This document shows positions 61,825-64,000 of a stretch of DNA of 64,000 nucleotides, one piece after another. The notes under the pieces are model-generated. The model was given only the letters and a program-made list of their open reading frames with translations. It was not told the DNA's origin and searched no databases. Where the stretch lies: contig JADLAV010000021.1 of the NCBI GenBank assembly GCA_020848075.1, positions 5,421 through 69,420 of the forward strand. The letters are read 5' to 3'. Positions within the stretch are counted from its first letter, which is position 1, and every line of letters starts with the position of its first letter. A program made the translations under genes and the position numbers. Source of the DNA: Burkholderiales bacterium (GTDB lineage Bacteria; Pseudomonadota; Gammaproteobacteria; Burkholderiales; SG8-39).

Positions 61825-63009
61825 TCACTGCGAGAGGAGCATGCGGAGGGCATCGGCGTCGGGCGCGCCGGGCTTCTGCTTCAGGTAGGCGTCGAAGGCC
61901 GCCTGCGCGCGGTCACGCGCCCCCGCGCCGAGCTCGACCAGCATGATCGATCGCCAGGTCTCCGGCGGCGCGTTGCCGGTGCCGAGCGCCGTCTCGTACG
62001 CCTTCAGCGCGCGCGCTGCGTCGCCGTCGCCGGCGCGCAAGCGGTACACCTCGCCCTTCGCGTGCCAGAGCTGTCCGTCGTCGGGCGACTGCGCGAGCAG
62101 CCGGTCGAACACGATCTCGGTGCGCCCGTACTGGCGCAACGCCAGCTCGTCGGCGATGAGCCGCGCGCGCACCCCGGCGAGCTTCGCGAGGTAGCGGCTG
62201 CGGCCCCGCTCGCCGCGCGCACCATCGCGCTTCGCCGCCGCCTCGCGCAGCGCCACCAGCCGCTCCTCCGGCTCGGGGTGCGTGGCGAACAGGAGCTGGC
62301 GCGATCGTTCGGCGGTGCCAGCCTGGTATTCGGCGATGAACTGCTCCCATACTTCGGCGGCGGCGACGGGCGTATAGCCGGCCTGCGTGATGAGGTCGAG
62401 GCCGATCTCGTCGGCCTCGCGCTCCTGGTCGCGGCTGAAGGCGAACATGCTCGCGACGAGCGCGAGATCGGCGAGCTGACCCACGGCGCCGAGCCCGGCC
62501 ACGGCGAGGCCCAGGCCGAGGAACGCACCAAAGTCGGACTTGTTCCGCGCGTCGCGCCAGCGCTCCAGGGTGTGCTGGCGCAGGTAGTGCCCGAGCTCGT
62601 GGCCGAGGATCGCTGCAAGCTGCGCCTCGTCGTTGCAGCGCAGGAGGAGCCCGGTCCACACTTCCATCATCCCGTTTGGCGCCATGCTGGCGTTGAACTG
62701 GGCCGTGCGCAGGATATAGCCGCGGATGTCCGGGCAATGGTCCTTCGCCAGCCGGCAGACGATCTCGCGCACGTACGCGTTCAGCTCCACGTCGCGGACG
62801 AGAAAGCGCGAGGTCTTGCGCTCGCGCTCGACCCGGTCGAGGAGGCTCCAGAGCCCCTTCTCGTCGCTGTCGGCCGGCGGGCGGTATCCGGGTGCGATGT
62901 AGGTGCGACCGGGCTCGACAGGGCGCGCCTGCGCGAATCCCCGGCGCGCGAGCGCGGCGAGCACGCAGCCGCAGATCCCGGCGCCGAACGCGCGTCGGGT
63001 CAGGCTCAC
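61825..63009 (-). CDS. M48-family Zn-metalloprotease with C-terminal TPR region (BepA/YfgC-like), Tat-like signal
   Basis: GTG 63009 (GTGA overlap with the upstream gene). V-SLTRRAFGAGICGCVLAALA contains T-R-R-x-F. HELGH zinc motif. C-terminal helical repeats. Confidence 0.85.
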   Translation of the reverse strand: MSLTRRAFGAGICGCVLAALARRGFAQARPVEPGRTYIAPGYRPPADSDEKGLWSLLDRVERERKTSRFLVRDVELNAYVREIVCRLAKDHCPDIRGYILRTAQFNASMAPNGMMEVWTGLLLRCNDEAQLAAILGHELGHYLRQHTLERWRDARNKSDFGAFLGLGLAVAGLGAVGQLADLALVASMFAFSRDQEREADEIGLDLITQAGYTPVAAAEVWEQFIAEYQAGTAERSRQLLFATHPEPEERLVALREAAAKRDGARGERGRSRYLAKLAGVRARLIADELALRQYGRTEIVFDRLLAQSPDDGQLWHAKGEVYRLRAGDGDAARALKAYETALGTGNAPPETWRSIMLVELGAGARDRAQAAFDAYLKQKPGAPDADALRMLLSQ

Positions 63010-63785
63010 TTCAGGGCGTCGGAGACGAGCGCGCGCACCGTCTCCGCGGCGGCGTCCGGCGTGCGCAGGTCGCCCTGCCCCCGCACGAGCCGGTTGAACC
63101 ACACGATGTCGCCGGTCTTGAGATCGACCACCGAGGCGAAGCCCACCTGCGAACCGCCGGGGACGCCGACGCCGAGCAGCGCGCCCACCACGATCATCGC
63201 CACCCGTCCCGCGCTCGCGTAGCTGTCGCGCACGAACAGAAAGAGCGCGTAGTCCGCGTGCTGCGAGCGCGAGATCGCCGCGACCGACGGTCCGAGCGAC
63301 CAGTCGAACTTGCCGTCCTTGCTGGGCAGCGCGAGGCCCTCGAGGTACTGGTGCACGAGCACCGCGCCGCCGACCGCGCGATGCAGCTTGATGAGATCGA
63401 TGCTCGTCTCGCGATCGTCCGGCGTGCCGCGCTCGGGCACGAATTCTACGAGCTTCACGCCGCGCGCCTGCGCCTCCGCGTCCAGCGCTGCCCGCATGTG
63501 CTTGAGCGCCGCATCCGTCCACTCGGCCCGCGGCTCCTCGACCCCGCCGGCAGTGATCTCCGCGAGCTCCACGTCGAGCGGCATCACCACGATGGTCGGG
63601 GTCGTGCCGGCCTCGCGGCGCAGTTCGGGCGCCTGCCGTTGCACCGGCGCTGCGCAGCCGGCGAGCAGCGCGGCCATCGCGGCGCCGAGCAGCGCGCAGA
63701 ACAGGCGGCCGCGCCACCCGCGCACGCCTGGCGGCCTCTTCGGGCTCACTCTTTTCCTCGCGTGCTGGATGTCCGGCGGCCTCAT
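63006..63785 (-). CDS. Lipoprotein, function unknown
   Basis: 259 aa. ...LFCALLGAAMAALLAGC lipobox. The start could be an internal GTG (VRGWRGR...). Confidence 0.75.
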   Translation of the reverse strand: MRPPDIQHARKRVSPKRPPGVRGWRGRLFCALLGAAMAALLAGCAAPVQRQAPELRREAGTTPTIVVMPLDVELAEITAGGVEEPRAEWTDAALKHMRAALDAEAQARGVKLVEFVPERGTPDDRETSIDLIKLHRAVGGAVLVHQYLEGLALPSKDGKFDWSLGPSVAAISRSQHADYALFLFVRDSYASAGRVAMIVVGALLGVGVPGGSQVGFASVVDLKTGDIVWFNRLVRGQGDLRTPDAAAETVRALVSDALK

Positions 63786-63831
63786 TTTTCGCGCTGCTAG
63801 GGTAGCACTCAGGGCGCGTCACGCATAAGCG

Positions 63832-63999
63832 CTATCCGGGCTCGCCTGGTGGAGCGCCGGGGCGGCGACCGGCGGCGAGCAGCAGGTAGACGAGGGCCAC
63901 GAACGGCCACAGCGTCGAGACGACGCGCGTCAGCCCGTTGAAGTTGAGGAAGTGCCCCTGCTGCCAGACCTGCAGGGAATGCACCAGGTACGGGTTCTC
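63832..63999 (-). CDS. C-terminal end of a membrane protein (5' part outside the window)
   Basis: My minus-strand translation is ENPYLVHSLQVWQQGHFLNFNGLTRVVSTLWPFVALVYLLLAAGRRPGAPPGEPG, ending at a stop (TAG 63832..63834). Good G/C third-position frame. Confidence 0.5.
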   Translation of the reverse strand, partial: ENPYLVHSLQVWQQGHFLNFNGLTRVVSTLWPFVALVYLLLAAGRRPGAPPGEPG

Positions 64000-64000
64000 G

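Overview
Very GC-rich bacterial chromosomal window. Codon third positions are almost all G/C, so every real gene casts long Arg/Ala/Gly-rich shadow ORFs; I rejected those. Gene content and repeat families suggest a proteobacterium, probably Beta or Gamma. I support about 55 protein genes. I found no rRNA, tRNA, CRISPR array, transposase, integrase or phage genes.

Gene content in order:
- A TPP-enzyme fragment, thioesterase and peroxiredoxin.
- A minus-strand block: ferredoxin, hydrolase, NodIJ-like ABC exporter, hemJ.
- mltF-like gene plus a lipoprotein, then a Pat-type lysine acetyltransferase.
- A five-gene Liv-type amino-acid ABC importer.
- PPK2 number 1, then an RND tripartite efflux operon.
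- A purine module: Tsx-like porin, guanine deaminase, two tandem MFS paralogs.
- A type-B frdCAB operon with two DASS dicarboxylate carriers.
- A DUF3302-HlyD-OMF operon that has no pump gene.
- A patch of small secreted proteins and lipoproteins mixed with apparent gene remnants.
- PPK2 number 2.
- A single-polypeptide GAF-HisKA-HATPase-REC-LuxR regulator, plus an orphan receiver.
- A carbon-storage and acetyl-phosphate neighbourhood: xfp-glgP-glgX, then the DUF2950/DUF3300 pair, then DUF3141(PhaC-like)-pta-ackA-fabI.
- A BepA-like M48/TPR protease flanked by lipoproteins.

Non-coding signals I read directly from the sequence:
1. A 22-bp palindrome, GAATCCTAC-N4-GTAGGATTC, in five copies. All are intergenic and all are in the same orientation.
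2. A REP/MITE family (GTCATTCCCGCGAAAGCGGGAATC type) in three copies.
3. A 109-bp perfect-armed palindromic element sitting between the RND pump gene and its OMF gene.
4. FNR/Anr-like TTGAT-N4-ATCAA boxes upstream of frdCAB and of the fused kinase-regulator. A weaker one lies upstream of DUF3141.
5. Twin GC hairpins bracketed by a 10-bp AT-rich inverted repeat between ackA and fabI.
6. 24/18-bp in-frame tandem repeats in the DUF3300 gene.

All family assignments come from motif reading and memory. No searches were run.
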